DNA of 63,936 nt, filler included, from Folioceros fuciformis (taxonomy: Eukaryota), in the NCBI GenBank assembly GCA_049999805.1. It is 8 parts of 8 records of this genome, joined end to end, with 100 filler letters (N's around TTAATTAATTAA, not from the genome) between each part and the next. Parts side by side here need not be neighbours in the genome. Positions count along the whole stretch, not along the records: positions 1 to 13,972 come from JBNGIO010005314.1; positions 14,073 to 20,395 come from JBNGIO010005315.1; positions 20,496 to 30,471 come from JBNGIO010005317.1; 5 more parts are not named here. One strand, given 5' to 3'. The notes beneath the pieces are model-generated. The model searched no databases. It had not been told where the DNA came from and saw only the letters and a list, made by a program, of their open reading frames with translations. The translations under genes and the position numbers were made by a program. How positions within the stretch are numbered: position 1 is the first letter of the stretch; every line of letters begins with the position of its first letter. Shown here in pieces: positions 13,268 to 26,083 of this stretch.

Positions 13268-13972
13268 TGTTAAGCATGATTAATGTTGAGATTAATTAGT
13301 GCTAATCCAGCTTATTGAGTTTGTACTAATTAGTGATAAGAGTGATTAAGGTTATGATTAATATATATATATAGCTTATTAGACTTTGTTATGTTTGGCA
13401 AAAAGGTATTGTAGGGTTTGGGGTCATTTATCCCATATTGGGCACGACATGAGAGTGCCACCCATAGGTCCATAAAAAAAGGGATGAACCCACCTAGTAT
13501 TAGTAGTCTAACTCCCTCTTCACTTGTATTGTGTTGTTTTTGTAATTCTCCTTTTATTTGAGTTTAAGAGCCTTGTTATAGTGCTCTTATTTTTGGGATT
13601 CTGCATCTTGCTTCAACTAACTTGTTTTAACCTCTTTTGAGCATGGCGGGGGTGACATCTCAACAGGTTATGGGCCCACACACCCAAGGGACCAGTCACT
13701 CTACAAGTTATCTCAAAGTTTAGAGGTGACAACTTCAACTTGTGTGGAAGTTCAAATGCAAATGTTGTTGGCTGAAAGAGGCCTTTGGGGAATTGTGTCA
13801 GGGACCGAGGAGCGTCCAAGTGAAGTGGAGAGACAACCTAAGTGGGATGAGCTTGCAGGCAAGGCCTTTGCAAATATTTGTTTCAACTTAGAAGATGCAC
13901 AATTGATGCATGTGACCACTTGCAAATCAGCAAGAGAGGCTTGGCTGAAATTAGAGGCTTTGTATGAGAACA
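13268..13972 (+). mobile_element. Copia family A 5' end: LTR, PBS and gag start
   Basis: LTR 13268-13665; PBS GGTTATGGGCCCA at 13666-13678; gag-like KFRGDNF..MLLAERGLWGIVSG..AREAWLKLEALYE. Confidence 0.9.
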
Positions 13973-14072
13973 NNNNNNNNNNNNNNNNNNNNNNNNNNNN
14001 NNNNNNNNNNNNNNNNTTAATTAATTAANNNNNNNNNNNNNNNNNNNNNNNNNNNNNNNNNNNNNNNNNNNN

Positions 14073-14205
14073 CCTCTCCTCCTCTCCTCCTCTCCTCCTC
14101 TCCTCCTCTCCTCCTCTCCTCCTCTCCTCCTCTCCTCCTCTCCTCCTCTCCTCCTCTCCTCCTCTCCTCCTCTCCTCCTCTCCTCCTCTCCTCCTGTCCT
14201 CCTCC
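14073..14205. repeat. (CCTCTCCT)n polypyrimidine microsatellite
   Basis: Near-perfect 8-bp tandem repeat at the contig edge. Confidence 0.95.
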
Positions 14206-14274
14206 TAAATTGCACGCAACTAGTTGGCCTCTTCTTTTCCTTCGGAAATCTTTAGGTCTTCCAATGTTCTCCTT

Positions 14275-17200
14275 TGAAGGATCGCTAGAGGAGCATGGTG
14301 AAGGAGAGGAGAAAGAGAGGTCACACTCTCACAAAAGGTCTCAATATGCAAGGGAGCTCAAGGGGGTATTTATACCCTCTAGAAGAGCTCCCTAGGAAGC
14401 TTCACAAGAAGCGCACAGGAAGCTGCGCAAGAAGCTTCCTAAAGATTAGCTTAAGCTAATATAAACTAATGATACTTAACTAAATACTAATCTTAGACTA
14501 AACACATTAGTCTAAGCACATTGGGCTTTAATAACCCTACAACCTCCCACTGAAAGGCCAATTTATCTTTATAGGAGAGTGGTCTACCTCATGCCCATGA
14601 GTATCCGAGCTTGTGCGAATTGCTTCGAAGAGAGCCCCTTGATAAGAACATCTACAGGGTTCTGACTGGTGTGAACTTTGACAAGTTGTACCCTCTTGTC
14701 TTCCAACACCTCTCGAATGAAGTGATACTTCACTTCCACATGTTTGGTCTTCACATGAAACACTGGATTCTTCGCCAATTGGATGGCACTCTGGCTATCA
14801 CACACAATGCAACATTGGCAGCTTAACCTTGATTCCCAAATCTCCGACTAGACGAACAAGCCACATGGCTTCCTTGCATGCCTCAGTCGCTGCAACATAC
14901 TCAGCCTCTGTGGTAGATAGTGTTATGCACGATTGCAAACGCGATCGCCATGAGACTGCCCCTCTAGTGCACATGAAGACATAACCTGATGTAGACCTCC
15001 TTTTGTCCATATACCCTACATAATCAGCATCCGTGTATCTCACGACAGATGCATCTTCACCACCAAAACATATACACAAAGTTTTTGTACCATTCAAGTA
15101 CCTCATAACTCCTTTCACTGCCTCCCAATGCTTCTTGCCACGGTTTGACATAAACCTGCTAACCACTCCCACTGCAAATGCAATGTCAAGACTCTTAGCA
15201 ATCATTGCATACATCAAACTCCCCACAGCTGATGAGTATGGAACCTTCTCCATTTCAGCTTTGTCCTCCGCAGAGCTTGGGCAATCTTTGCTCGAAAGTT
15301 TCATATATGGAGGCAATGGAGTACTCAATACCTTCCCCTTCTCCATATTGAAACGTTGAAGCACCTTGTTAATGTATTCAGTCTGAGATAAGTAAAGCAA
15401 ATGCTTCTATCTGTCTCGACAAATACGCATGCCAAGAATATGGCTGGCCTCTGCCAAGTCTGTCATGTCAAAGCGACCATTCAACATTGACTTCAACGCT
15501 GAAATCTCATCACTGTTAGTCCCAGCAATTAGCATATCATCCACATAGAGGACCAGAATGAGCAAGCTTCCATCCTTAGCTTGCTTCGTATAGAGGCAAT
15601 GATCCTCATCATTACGTTTGTAGCCTTGAGAAAGCATAAACGAGTGGAATTTGAAATACCACTCCCTGGGTGCCCGCTTCAAACCATAAAGGCTCTTCTT
15701 TAACCTGCACACCAGACTCTCTTTGCCCTTCTCAATGAACCCTCTGGTTGCTGCGTGTATACCTCTTCCTGCAGATCACCATGCAGAAATGCCGACTTCA
15801 CATCCATCTGGATAAGTTCCATGTCATGCCTTGCAACCAGACCAAGGACACATCGCAAGGTGGTCATTTTGACAACTGGCAAGAAAATCTCATCAAAGTC
15901 AATACCTTGCTGTTGCTTAAAACCCTTAGCAACCAATCATGCCTTGTACTTGGGTTTGCCATAATGGGGTATGTCCTTCATCTTATACACCCATTGCATG
16001 GCAACGCCTTCTTGCCCTTAGGCAACCGAACCAACTCCCAAGTTTGGTTCTTGTGGAGCGAATCCATCTGCGACTGCATCGCCTTCTCCCACTTGTCCTT
16101 GCTAGTCACTGACATGGCCTCTTGGTAACAAGAGGGCTCCCTACAATCCATCAGCAGGACATAATTAAGAGATGCAACATACCTGTCAGGAGGACGTGAG
16201 ATCCAACCTGACCTACGAAGCACTGGCGCCTCGACCGGAGCTGGTTGCACTCTCTCCTCTTGTACAAGTGGAGGAACTTGTTCCTGCACATCACGACGTT
16301 CAACCTGCACATGACGGTTAAATCCATCTTCTTGAAAGACCACCCGTCGCACCTCCACAGTTGGAGTAGGCTTCTTGTGCATCTTGGTCTCATTGAAGAA
16401 CACGTCATTGCTGCGAACCATCTTCTTGGCCTCTGGATCCCACAGACGGTATCCCTTCTCACCAGATTCACCATAGCTAAGAAAAATACATTTTCTTGTC
16501 TTGGGAGCCAACTTGTCCCGAAACTCCTTCGGAACGTGGTAGTATGCCTCGCAGCCAAACACTTGTAGATGCTTGTATGACGGCTTCTTTCCAGACCACA
16601 TCTCCTCTGGAACCTGTTCATCCACAGCCCTATTAGGAGATCTGTTAATAAGATGCACCGCAGTAGCCACTGGTTCTGCCCAAAATCCGTTAGGCAATCC
16701 AGAGTTTGACAACAAACTACACATCCTCTCCTAGATGGTCCTGTTCATCGTTCAGCCACACCATTCTGGGGAGGAGTATACGGCGTAGTCAATTCTCTCT
16801 TGATTCCCTTAGAATCACAGAATGACTGGAAAGCCTTCAAGACATACTCTCCCCCATTTTCTGTCCTTAGACACTTCAGTCGAAGGCCAAACTGATTCTC
16901 CACAAGGGTGACGAACTTCTGAAACATTGTCAGAACATCATCCTTTTTCCTCAAAGGATAAACCCACACCTTGCGTGAGAAGTCATCAATGAAAGTGACA
17001 AAATAAGATGCACCGCCTAACGATGCAGTGGGCATAGGATCACAAACATCACTGTGAACCAACTCAAGAGGTTTACTTTTGTGTTTACCTCTTGCTCCAT
17101 GTGGTGACTTCGTCTGTTTTCCATACAAACAGTGCTCACACACGGAGAAATCGGAGAAGTCAAAAGCAGGGACATAACCAAAACGAGATAGTATCTTCAT

Positions 17201-19568
17201 TCATTTTTGAGACATATGTCCTAACCAACTATGCCACAAGGAAACACTTGGCTGTTCCGTTACACAAATCACATGATCCTTGGTAGTGGTTACCTGAAGT
17301 GAGTACAAAGTGCCACACTTCGATCCACGAGCTAACACAAGAGAACCTTTGGAGATCTTTCAAGAACGATCTCCAAACCAACAATGGTAGCCAACGTCAT
17401 CCAACTGCCCTGCGCTAATCATGCTTTTGGCCAACTTCGAGACATGCCTAACATTCTTCAGTATGAATGAAGATCCATTGTCAAACTTCAGCTGTACATC
17501 ACCAACGCCTACAATCTCACATGCATAGTTATTTCCAAGCCAAACACATCCTTTCCTACTAGCATCATAACTGCTAAACCACTCCCTATGCGGAGTAACA
17601 TGGATAGATGCTCCAGAGTCAATTATCCAATTAGAGAATAAGTGACTCTCCCCAGCTGTCAGTTGTGCAGAATCGAAGGAAGAAGAGATAAGAACATCTC
17701 CATCGTCAACAGAGTTCATCTCATCATGCTTGTTACTCGAACTTGCCTTGTTGTCACTCTGCTTCTTCTCCTTGCCTTTGTCCTTCTTGAACTTCTCGCA
17801 GTCCCTTCTGATGTGTCCCTTTTTGTGACAATGGTAACACTCAACATTGTTACGACTACGAGACTTACTACGGGAACGACTTCGCTCCTTGTACTTCCCC
17901 TTTGAAGTGGACCTTCCTCTCACCATGAGGGCATTGGAACCTTTCGAAGGTTCCATATTCTTCCTATTTACCTCCTCTGTTAACAGGCTACCTTCTACAT
18001 TTACAACGGCAAGACCACTGGCAGGAGTAGAATTACTCAGAGCTATACGAAAGGTGTCCCAGCTCTCTGGTAATGTGACCAACAAAAACATAGCTCTCAC
18101 GGAATCTCGAAACGAGATACCTTGAGATGAGAGCTGGCTGAAAATGGTATTGAACTCGTTCAGATGATCGGACATCCTCGTCTCTTCCTTCATCTTCAAG
18201 TCCACCAGCTGTTTCAACCAGTACACCTGAGAAGCCGCACTTTGCTTCTCGTACAAGTCACACAACTTCTGCCCTAGCTTGTAGCTTGTGGTCTTGTCTT
18301 TCACGTTGAAGTAGACCGACTTCGACAATGTTAGTATGATCGTAGACTTAGCAAGCTCATCTAGGTCCTACCACTCATCCTGAGTCATGCTAATGGGTTT
18401 CACTCCTAGCAACTTTATCGGCTTGATCTGCTTCTTCTGTACTAGAACATTATACACTTGTTCTTTCCAGAACGGGAAGTTAGTACCATCTAACTTCTCG
18501 ATATTGAACATGACATTTTCTGAGAACGCCATGTTTCAAAATCAATTCAAATCAAGCAAAATGCTAGTTAGAAATTGTTGAAAATGTAGATTTTGTTATC
18601 CTCGTTTCGATTCTTCTGTCCACAATTTAGGATGACACGTCGAGCCTAAATCCTCCTGAGATCCGATTCCACCTTGTGGCTGGGATCCCAACTAGCTCCC
18701 TTCTTTGCCCTTGACGTCGATGCTCAGACACTTGCAATCCAGTGCCCGGCGTTAGCGACTCCCACATGCGACGATAGCCCGTAATTCGGCTTGGTAGCCT
18801 CGCTCGTCCGCAGGACTAGCGTCCGCTGGCCGCGATTGGCACTTGTCGGCGCTGCTGCCGTTCGCCGACCGGGACTGACGCCCGCTGGTCGATCCACGTC
18901 CGGCGGCCTGCCTGGCCATGCCCTGCGCCACGCAGTCCGGCTTCGGAGTCGTCGGCCGGGCCAGCGTCCCCGCACCCCGTGAGCCGGGCTGGCGCTCTGG
19001 AGCTCCGAGCGGGGGCGCCCCCGGGGCCTNNNNNNNNNNNNNNNNNNNNNNNNNNNNNNNNNNNNNNNNNNNNNNNNNNNNNNNNNNNNNNNNNNNNNNN
19101 NNNNNNNNNNNNNNNNNNNNNNNNNNNNNCCCGTGTGGGATGGTAGCCCCTTCTATCCTCGGCAGCGGGTTGCTGCTCACAGCTCCCACTCACTTCGATG
19201 CCTTCCTCGCGGAGCACTTGCAATCATCACCTATCCAGCTTCACACCCAAGCTCCACAACCTTGCTCTGATACCACTTGAAGGATCGCTAGAGGAGCATG
19301 GTGAAGGAGAGGAGAGGAGGAGGCAAGGAGGAGAGGAGAAAGAGAGGTCACACTCTCACAAAAGGTCTCAATATGCAAGGGAGCTCAAGAGGGTATTTAT
19401 ACCCTCTAGAAGAGCTCCCTAGGAAGCTTCACAAGAAGCCTACAGGAAGCTGTGCAAGAAGCTTCCTAGAGATTAGCTTAAGCTAATTTAAACTAATGAT
19501 ACTTAACTAGACACTAATCTTAGACTAAAGACATTAGTCTATGTACATTGGGCTTTAATAACCCTACA
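14275..19568 (-). mobile_element. Full-length Ty1/copia element (family B), decayed
   Basis: LTRs at 14275-14541 and 19278-19568 (TG..CA); TCCTT target-site duplication on both flanks; PBS TGGTATCAGAGC at 19264-19275; PPT next to 14542. Confidence 0.96.
14584..18532 (-). pseudogene. gag-PR-IN-RT-RNase H polyprotein with stops and frameshifts
   Basis: CYHCHKKGHIRRDC knuckle, [47 protein letters not shown] and TKHVEVKYHFIRE spread over several frames. Confidence 0.93.
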
Positions 19569-20000
19569 TCCTTGCTTCCTGCCAGTTGATCCTATTGATT
19601 TGTGCATCACATTTCAACATCTCATATAGGGGGTCTCTCTTCTCTTGCTCTTTGCCCTTCTCCTGTGATTGGTGCACCTCAAGAGATAGAATTTCCTGTA
19701 GTGGAGTCAATGTTTCTTCTAGATCTGCTTATGAAGGGGCTACTTCTTCTCCTGTCATGGCAATGAGTGGAATCTTGATGACACGCTCCCTTCTTAACAT
19801 TAGGGACTTCTTCCTCCTTCTGCTCATAAGGGGCAGTGCTCCTACGTTTCCTTCCCTACCTGCTTTGTAGGGTGGGTTCGGTATTGGCATGTGTGGAGGC
19901 AAAACCCCGGGCACTGATTGCCGACGGGTCCCACCTTTAGTGGCCACACTTATCCCACTGTCGTTGAGACATTGGGTTTCGTTCCCACGAAGGAGCGATG
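19569..20000 (-). pseudogene. Decayed retroelement accessory ORF, interrupted by the family B copia
   Basis: Reads across the TSD into 14269-14210 as CDAQINRINWQEARRTLEDL..EEAN*LR, an ungapped match to the ORF at 32648-35095. Confidence 0.6.
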
Positions 20001-22609
20001 GGGTTCCTTGCTGCTGTGGATGGAGGGTCGGACTTGATCGGCTCGATGATGGATTCGAGGGCTCCCCTCCAGCTCCGATCAGGCGTAGGACAGGCCTCGC
20101 TGTCCGGCGGTCAGCTGCACCTCTCTCGGTGCCCACAAACTCACTCCAGTCATACAACGACTCTAACCTCTCAGATCTGCGTCTTCCCTCACACACCTCA
20201 CTCACTCTCTCACTCCAGCACCACACCAGCAACTACCAGCAACCAGCAACGACACCACTACCTTCTACACTTCCCTGCTAACTCCTCCTACCCGGCAAGA
20301 GTCGCTAGACTACTCCCAAAGAAATGAAAGGAGGGAACACACTCTCCTCTTAGATATCTCCTCCCCACAACCTTACCAGACGCCATGAAACATGGNNNNN
20401 NNNNNNNNNNNNNNNNNNNNNNNNNNNNNNNNNNNNNNNTTAATTAATTAANNNNNNNNNNNNNNNNNNNNNNNNNNNNNNNNNNNNNNNNNNNNACAAT
20501 GAGATCCTTGCACGCAACACTGCCCTCCCTCCCAATCTGCACAGAGAGGACGGAGCAGTTACCACACCGATCCACCACCCCAAAGCCAACAGCACCCCCA
20601 AATCCAACCCACCGGCACACGCAGTCCGGGTCGCCGACTCCCCCGGCGAATGCCTTACACCCAACGCGCTCCAGGCCACAGCTCAGAAGCGGAGGTCGCA
20701 AAGGCACTGTGGCGAGCGAAGCCAGAAAGGGCTATTACTCGTCTGTGAGCTAAAGCGAGAAGAGTCAGAGAAGGTGAGACAAGAGCGAGGGGAACGCGGA
20801 TCGGCTCGGAAACGCGTTTCAATACCAGTGGCGTCGTGCCACCACACTCCTCATCGGAGGAGTGAGCCCGAAGGCGAAGCAATCAAAACGCTCTAACAGG
20901 GCGGAATTGCCCCGTCCCTTCCCCCTCGAGACACCGCATTCAACGCGCCCATTTCCTGTTTTAATACCTGGCCAAGAGCGGCCCACTTCTAAAATTGACC
21001 ACACCCACACCCCGCCAAGTTCGTCCAGGTACATATTCGCCCGGCCGCTACTCTCTCTCCCACCTCCTCCAGTCATCAACACCAACCAAAGTCCGTCCGT
21101 CGAAGTACATACATCCCAAGTTCCCAACCCACATGCTGCCCGGAAACCTCCACTACCAGTCTACCAACCTAACCTCCTCAATCAAAGAACCACAAACTTC
21201 AAGGCACAAACCCCGCGACTCACCTACATTTAAAGAACCCTGAAACTCGAACCAAAACAATTAACTCACCGTCCCAGCGTACTAAGGACGACGCCGGGCT
21301 CCCTCGTGCCAGCTCCTTGCCGGTACGAGCCATCACGTCTCGTACACTCCGACTCCGACTTCAACCACCTCTACCAACAAACAACAAGATTAAACAAAAC
21401 ATCAAGCAACACGAACGGCGTCGAAGCCGAAACCCTGTGGTCACAGCTTCCGAGGTTGCTCCGACTTACAGTCTACATGGCGCCACCACGTGGCGCCACC
21501 TGGAGCGAGGCCACGTCAGAGCGTACCCTAGAGATGCAGCCGGCCTGGAAACCACCGCAAGCAGGAACAGAAAGGGCAAGATGCTGTGTCCTCCGCCTCC
21601 ACTGCCCCTACCTGTGCTCCGATCGACTCGCACGAACCCCTGCTGACCAGACTGCGAAACCCCACGCCCTTGGCCTCCCGGAATTCGCAGCCGGCGAGCA
21701 GATCGATCCTCCATTGCAGCTGTCGCCAGCACGCCAGAATCTCTAACTCTCCGAAACCCTAGCTCACTTTGCCGCCTGACTTTACCGCGCTCGCAGAACG
21801 TTTTGATTTGCTCTGCTTCGGGAATGCGTCCTCTCTGCAGTCGTCAGCGCATCCGATTCCTCAGCACAGCAATTCCCTGCCACCCAGGCCCTGGCACAGA
21901 CTCTGGTCTGACGTCCATACGAACGCCAAGGACTCGTACTTCGGGTCGAGGCGCTCTCTTCGGCATTCGCGTTACGCGGACGGAAGTTTAGGGTTAGGGT
22001 TTAGAGTCGTGCATTTGGTTCCCTCATGTGACCGGAGTCAAGCTTTCTCTCTCCTATCCCACTCCACTACAGTACATCTGTGAGTGTGCTGCCCTCCGTA
22101 CCCGAGTGGTGTTCTCCTCGTTAGTAACGACCTTGGTTCGTACACATCTTGGTATGGATTATTCATATTTTTTTAAGGCTACAAAAATTGTTTTTAAACC
22201 AGGCACTTTATGACAGGGCCATCAGGATATGGTACAATACTTGAATTTATCGTGATGAGCGGAATAAATTAATGAATGGAGAGGAGGGTATTCGAGTGTG
22301 CATAGGATTCCCAATCATGAGCACACCCTGAGCAAGGAATAATTATTGGTTAAATTTATGAATGTGATTAGGTCAGTCATTGGAATGATTAGTTAATTTT
22401 AGACTTCACGTGTTTTTGTAATCCTTGCTTGTGTAGTGATATGAATTCATTTATCTAAACTTGTATGAATGAGTAACTCAACCTAGGACTAGCAAGCCAT
22501 AGGATCCCTTTTGTGAACAATATGCCTTCAACAAGGTTCTAAACCCTAAACCCAGGCACTTATTTTATTTGAAAAGGGCTTAGGGTTTGTAGTTACTAAG
22601 TTATTAAGT

Positions 22610-22970
22610 CTTAGGGTTTAGATTTCTCGGGTTTAGGTTCTACGGTCATAGGGTTTAGGTTCTACGGCCATAGGGTTTAGGTTCTACGGGTGTAGGGTTT
22701 AGGGTTTAGGTTCTACGGGCATAGGGTTTAGGGTTTAGGTTCTACGGGCATAGGGTTTAGGGTTTAGGNNNNNNNNNNNNNNNNNNNNNNNNNNNNNNNN
22801 NNNNNNNNNNNNNNNNNNNNNNNNNNNNNNNNNNNNNNNNNNNNNNNNNNNNNNNNNNNNNNNNNNNNGGGTTTAGGGTTTAGGTTCTACGGGCATAGGG
22901 TTTATGGTTTAGGTTCTACGGGTGTAGGGTTTAGGTTCTACGGGCATAGGGTTTAAGGTTTAGGTTCTAC
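22610..22970 (+). repeat. Telomere-derived minisatellite (TTTAGGG plus TTCTACGGGCA spacer)
   Basis: Tandem TAGGGTTTAGGGTTTAGGTTCTACGGGCA units spanning an N gap. Confidence 0.9.
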
Positions 22971-23199
22971 AGCTTCAAAACGCTAGCCCTCGAGTCCAGT
23001 CATCTTAGGTGATTTGCCTCACCTCTCTTTTGGGTCATCTTTTGTAATTTGTCTTACCTTTTTAGGGGTAGATGGGCTTTCATTTTTTTTCTAAAATTAA
23101 ATTAACATATTTTTTATATGAAATGTTATGCCTAAGGTTTGACCTAAACTTGTGGAATTCCTTCTTGTTTATGATAGACCATATCTAATGCTTGGGCAA

Positions 23200-25920
23200 T
23201 CCTAAACCTACCCATAGTTCTAAGCATTCCTAAACTCACCTATCAAGTGCTTGGAAAACATCTTCCATGTTTGTTGCACACTACTAGATCCTCACCATCT
23301 ACTTCTCTAGCCCTCTTTCTCAGATCATTGTTTCGAGTTGGCTTTGGACCTTCGTCAAATGACATCCCTTCTCTAGAAGCAAGGTCAGTGACTGCCTAGG
23401 CTTGAGCTCTCTCATGCCTTGGAATTTGCAGACGCTTAGTGATCTAAACAATTTTGCGATCCTCTTGCTCTTCCTGCGCCAATCCTTGCACTCAAAAAAT
23501 TTTCAATGTTATTGGAAGAATCGTGTTGATGATGGGAGTCCCAGCTGGTGTGGGCAGCTCGTTTGTAGAAGCGAGCCTTCCATCTCTATTGTCATTTTGT
23601 GCACGAACAGTCTCTAGTATACTATCTTGTCCAGAAGCGGGTCTCTATCTGACTTGTGCTAGAATGCTTCTCCAACTTTGCTCCTTCTCTTCATTTTGTG
23701 CAAGCAAATTTGCTACCAACTTCTCATGCTGTTCCTATTGTTCTTGCAATGATTGATGTAGAACAGCTTGAGCTTCGGCTTCCATACATGCTTTGAATTC
23801 AGACCAGCTTGGACCATCGTCTTCGTTCACCTCATCTCTTGGCACATGCAACTCTTCTTGGACTAAGCTAGCGGCATGTCCAGGAAGCATCTCACGTAAG
23901 GCTTCTCCCTCTTTGCATTTTGAGCTAGAATATCAGCTAAAAAAAATTTGTGCTTCTCTTGTCAAGCTTGCAAGGTTTGCTGGATCATAGCCATAACCTC
24001 GAACTCAACACGGGATCTGAATTCTACTTCTCGTTTTGAGCCCACATCCAAATTCGTAGCAGGCTCAACCTCTATTGCTCCACGTATGAGCGTATGCACG
24101 GGATTGGGTACAACGTCCTCCTCCTCAACTACTTCTTTCCTTGCAGCTTGGCCTCGTTTTTGACGAGCTACCTTCCCATTTTCTACTACAAGCCCAAAGA
24201 GGGATTTGCGAGGACGGAAAATTTTCTTCTTAACGCCCCTCTAGCTACCAATCCATCTCGCAATGTCACACTTTGTCGGACTGCAGGCTCAATCCAAGCT
24301 CCAATATGCAACTCATATGACCCTTCGTTGGAAAATTGCCAGCCCCTGCTCTCACGCGTGCACTTGCTGCCGGATGCCGAACCCAGTTGTCTCTTCTCCT
24401 ACCAACGCTCAATGTGACCCTTGCCACCGTTGTGGTCATTGGTGATCCACACTTTGGCTGCAATCGAATGATCCAAGTGGTGACAATGGGGATTTTGTCA
24501 CTAACGTGCTCGGAGGACTTGAACAACTAGAAGTCGAGCTCCGATGGCCGACTAAGTAGCTCGCCTTGTTCTAGCTTTTTGCTTTTGCTAAGACTAGCAC
24601 ATGACAACGCAATGACTTCTAAACTTTGACTGTGAGATTGATTCCGCTTGTAGCTATGCAGCTTTAGACCTTCCAGCTTCAAGACTCCTCTGGTCTGTTA
24701 GTTCTATCCGTGCTCCCTCCACACTCAACTCATGAGAACGTTCTTCATAACGAGAGCACAATTCTCACTTTGTCCAAGATTGTTGAATCTCTCGACTATG
24801 CATTAAAAACCACAAGAGCCTAAAGCGTCAAAATGCCTCTTGCATCGTATTGGGTCCAAGACCTCGCGACTGCAAGGCGACAGGAGCCTGAAGCCTCAAA
24901 ATGCCTCTTGCATCGTCTTGGGTCCAAGACCTCACGACTGCAAGGTGACAAGAACCTGAAGCATCAAAATGCCTCTTGCATTCTCTTGAGTCCAAGACCT
25001 CATGACTGCAAGGTGACAAGAGCCTAAAGCATCAAAATGCCTCTTGCATCGAATTGGGTCCAAGACCTCACGACTGCAAGGTGACAAGAACCTGCAGCAT
25101 CAAAATGCCTCTTGCATCATCTTGAGTCCAAGACCTCATGACTGCAAGGTGACAAGAGCCTGAAGCATTAAAATGCCTCTTGCATCGTCTTGGGTCTAAG
25201 ACCTCACGACTGCAAGGTGACGGATCTCTTTGAGCTCAAATCCTCTGGCCTTTGCACACTTGCACTTTCTCATTCGCAGCTAGCATACATTTTCGCACCA
25301 AGATGGGAGCATTTGCTTGCTCAAACATCATTGCTCGGTTCAGCTCCACGTTCTTGATCCTTCTTTCTCCATGCCAATTATTTCGCTTCTCACCTTCTTT
25401 TTTCTTGCACCTTCCGCACGCACTCCCCATCCTTCCTAAATGACCATGCTCCCACTCCCATGAGCGCTCCTCCTCCTGGACCGTCCGTCATGAGCTTTCA
25501 TACCAAGAGGCACAAATCCAATCAAAGATTGGGCTATTTTTTGGAGTCATGTCTCCTACATGATCAACTGGGCTCTGATACCAGATGTAAGCGGAGATGT
25601 GCCGAGACATCTCGCGATTTTGGGATCGGACTACCAGAAGCGAGGAGGCCCCTGTATAGGAATCCAGAGAGTATGATTAGAGGAGCCCTTAGTTCTTTGT
25701 ACCCCCGCGTTCCGAGTCTGACCGTTTCTTTTCTTGAGCTAACTTAACTACTGGATTGGTTAGCAACTAATTGCGGTTAGCTTAATCCTGCTCGGTCTAA
25801 CCTCTAATTCTAACCTTGTTTCCTTCGTCTAGCTCTAGCGGCTATGTCCTAGGCATGCCCTACGCGTACTCTGCTACGACCATTCCCCGTATGCCAACAA
25901 CACCATTTGGACGCTGATCA
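23200..25920 (-). mobile_element. LTR retroelement 5' portion, probably non-autonomous
   Basis: LTR end (...TTACA) at 25586 followed by PBS TGGTATCAGAGCCC at 25570-25583; decayed coiled-coil-rich ORF at about 23300-24100; boundaries approximate. Confidence 0.55.
24815..25221. repeat. 68-bp tandem array, six copies
   Basis: Units AAGAGCCTGAAGCATCAAAATGCCTCTTGCATCG...CAAGGTGAC at 68-bp spacing. Confidence 0.95.
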
Positions 25921-26083
25921 GGTGTCCAGTCCTTCTCGTTGAGCTGGTCTTCAACTCGCTACAATCGCTGCCCAGAGCAGATGGCGGACTTACCGCCATG
26001 TTGGTGGAGGAGGTAGGTGCTGAGAGTTCAAGGGACAATGTGCAAGCTACAAATGTAGATCTTCCCATAGATGGAGACCTAAA

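Noticed and set aside
13973-14072. N-flanked TTAATTAATTAA, also near 20396, 30472, 40060, 42325, 50495 and 60348
   Set aside because: Artificial six-frame-stop contig linker, not biological; adjacency across it is uninformative
14021-14215. RRRGGEEE ORF, and the RV/SA-repeat ORFs near 51820-51905
   Set aside because: Translations of microsatellites
20496-22210. Cluster of GC-rich overlapping ORFs with telobox motifs
   Set aside because: No recognisable domain; open frames are expected at this GC content
24815-25221. CRISPR-like regular repeats (also 43960-45000 and 61541-61700)
   Set aside because: No unique spacers and no cas genes; these are head-to-tail tandem repeats in a eukaryote
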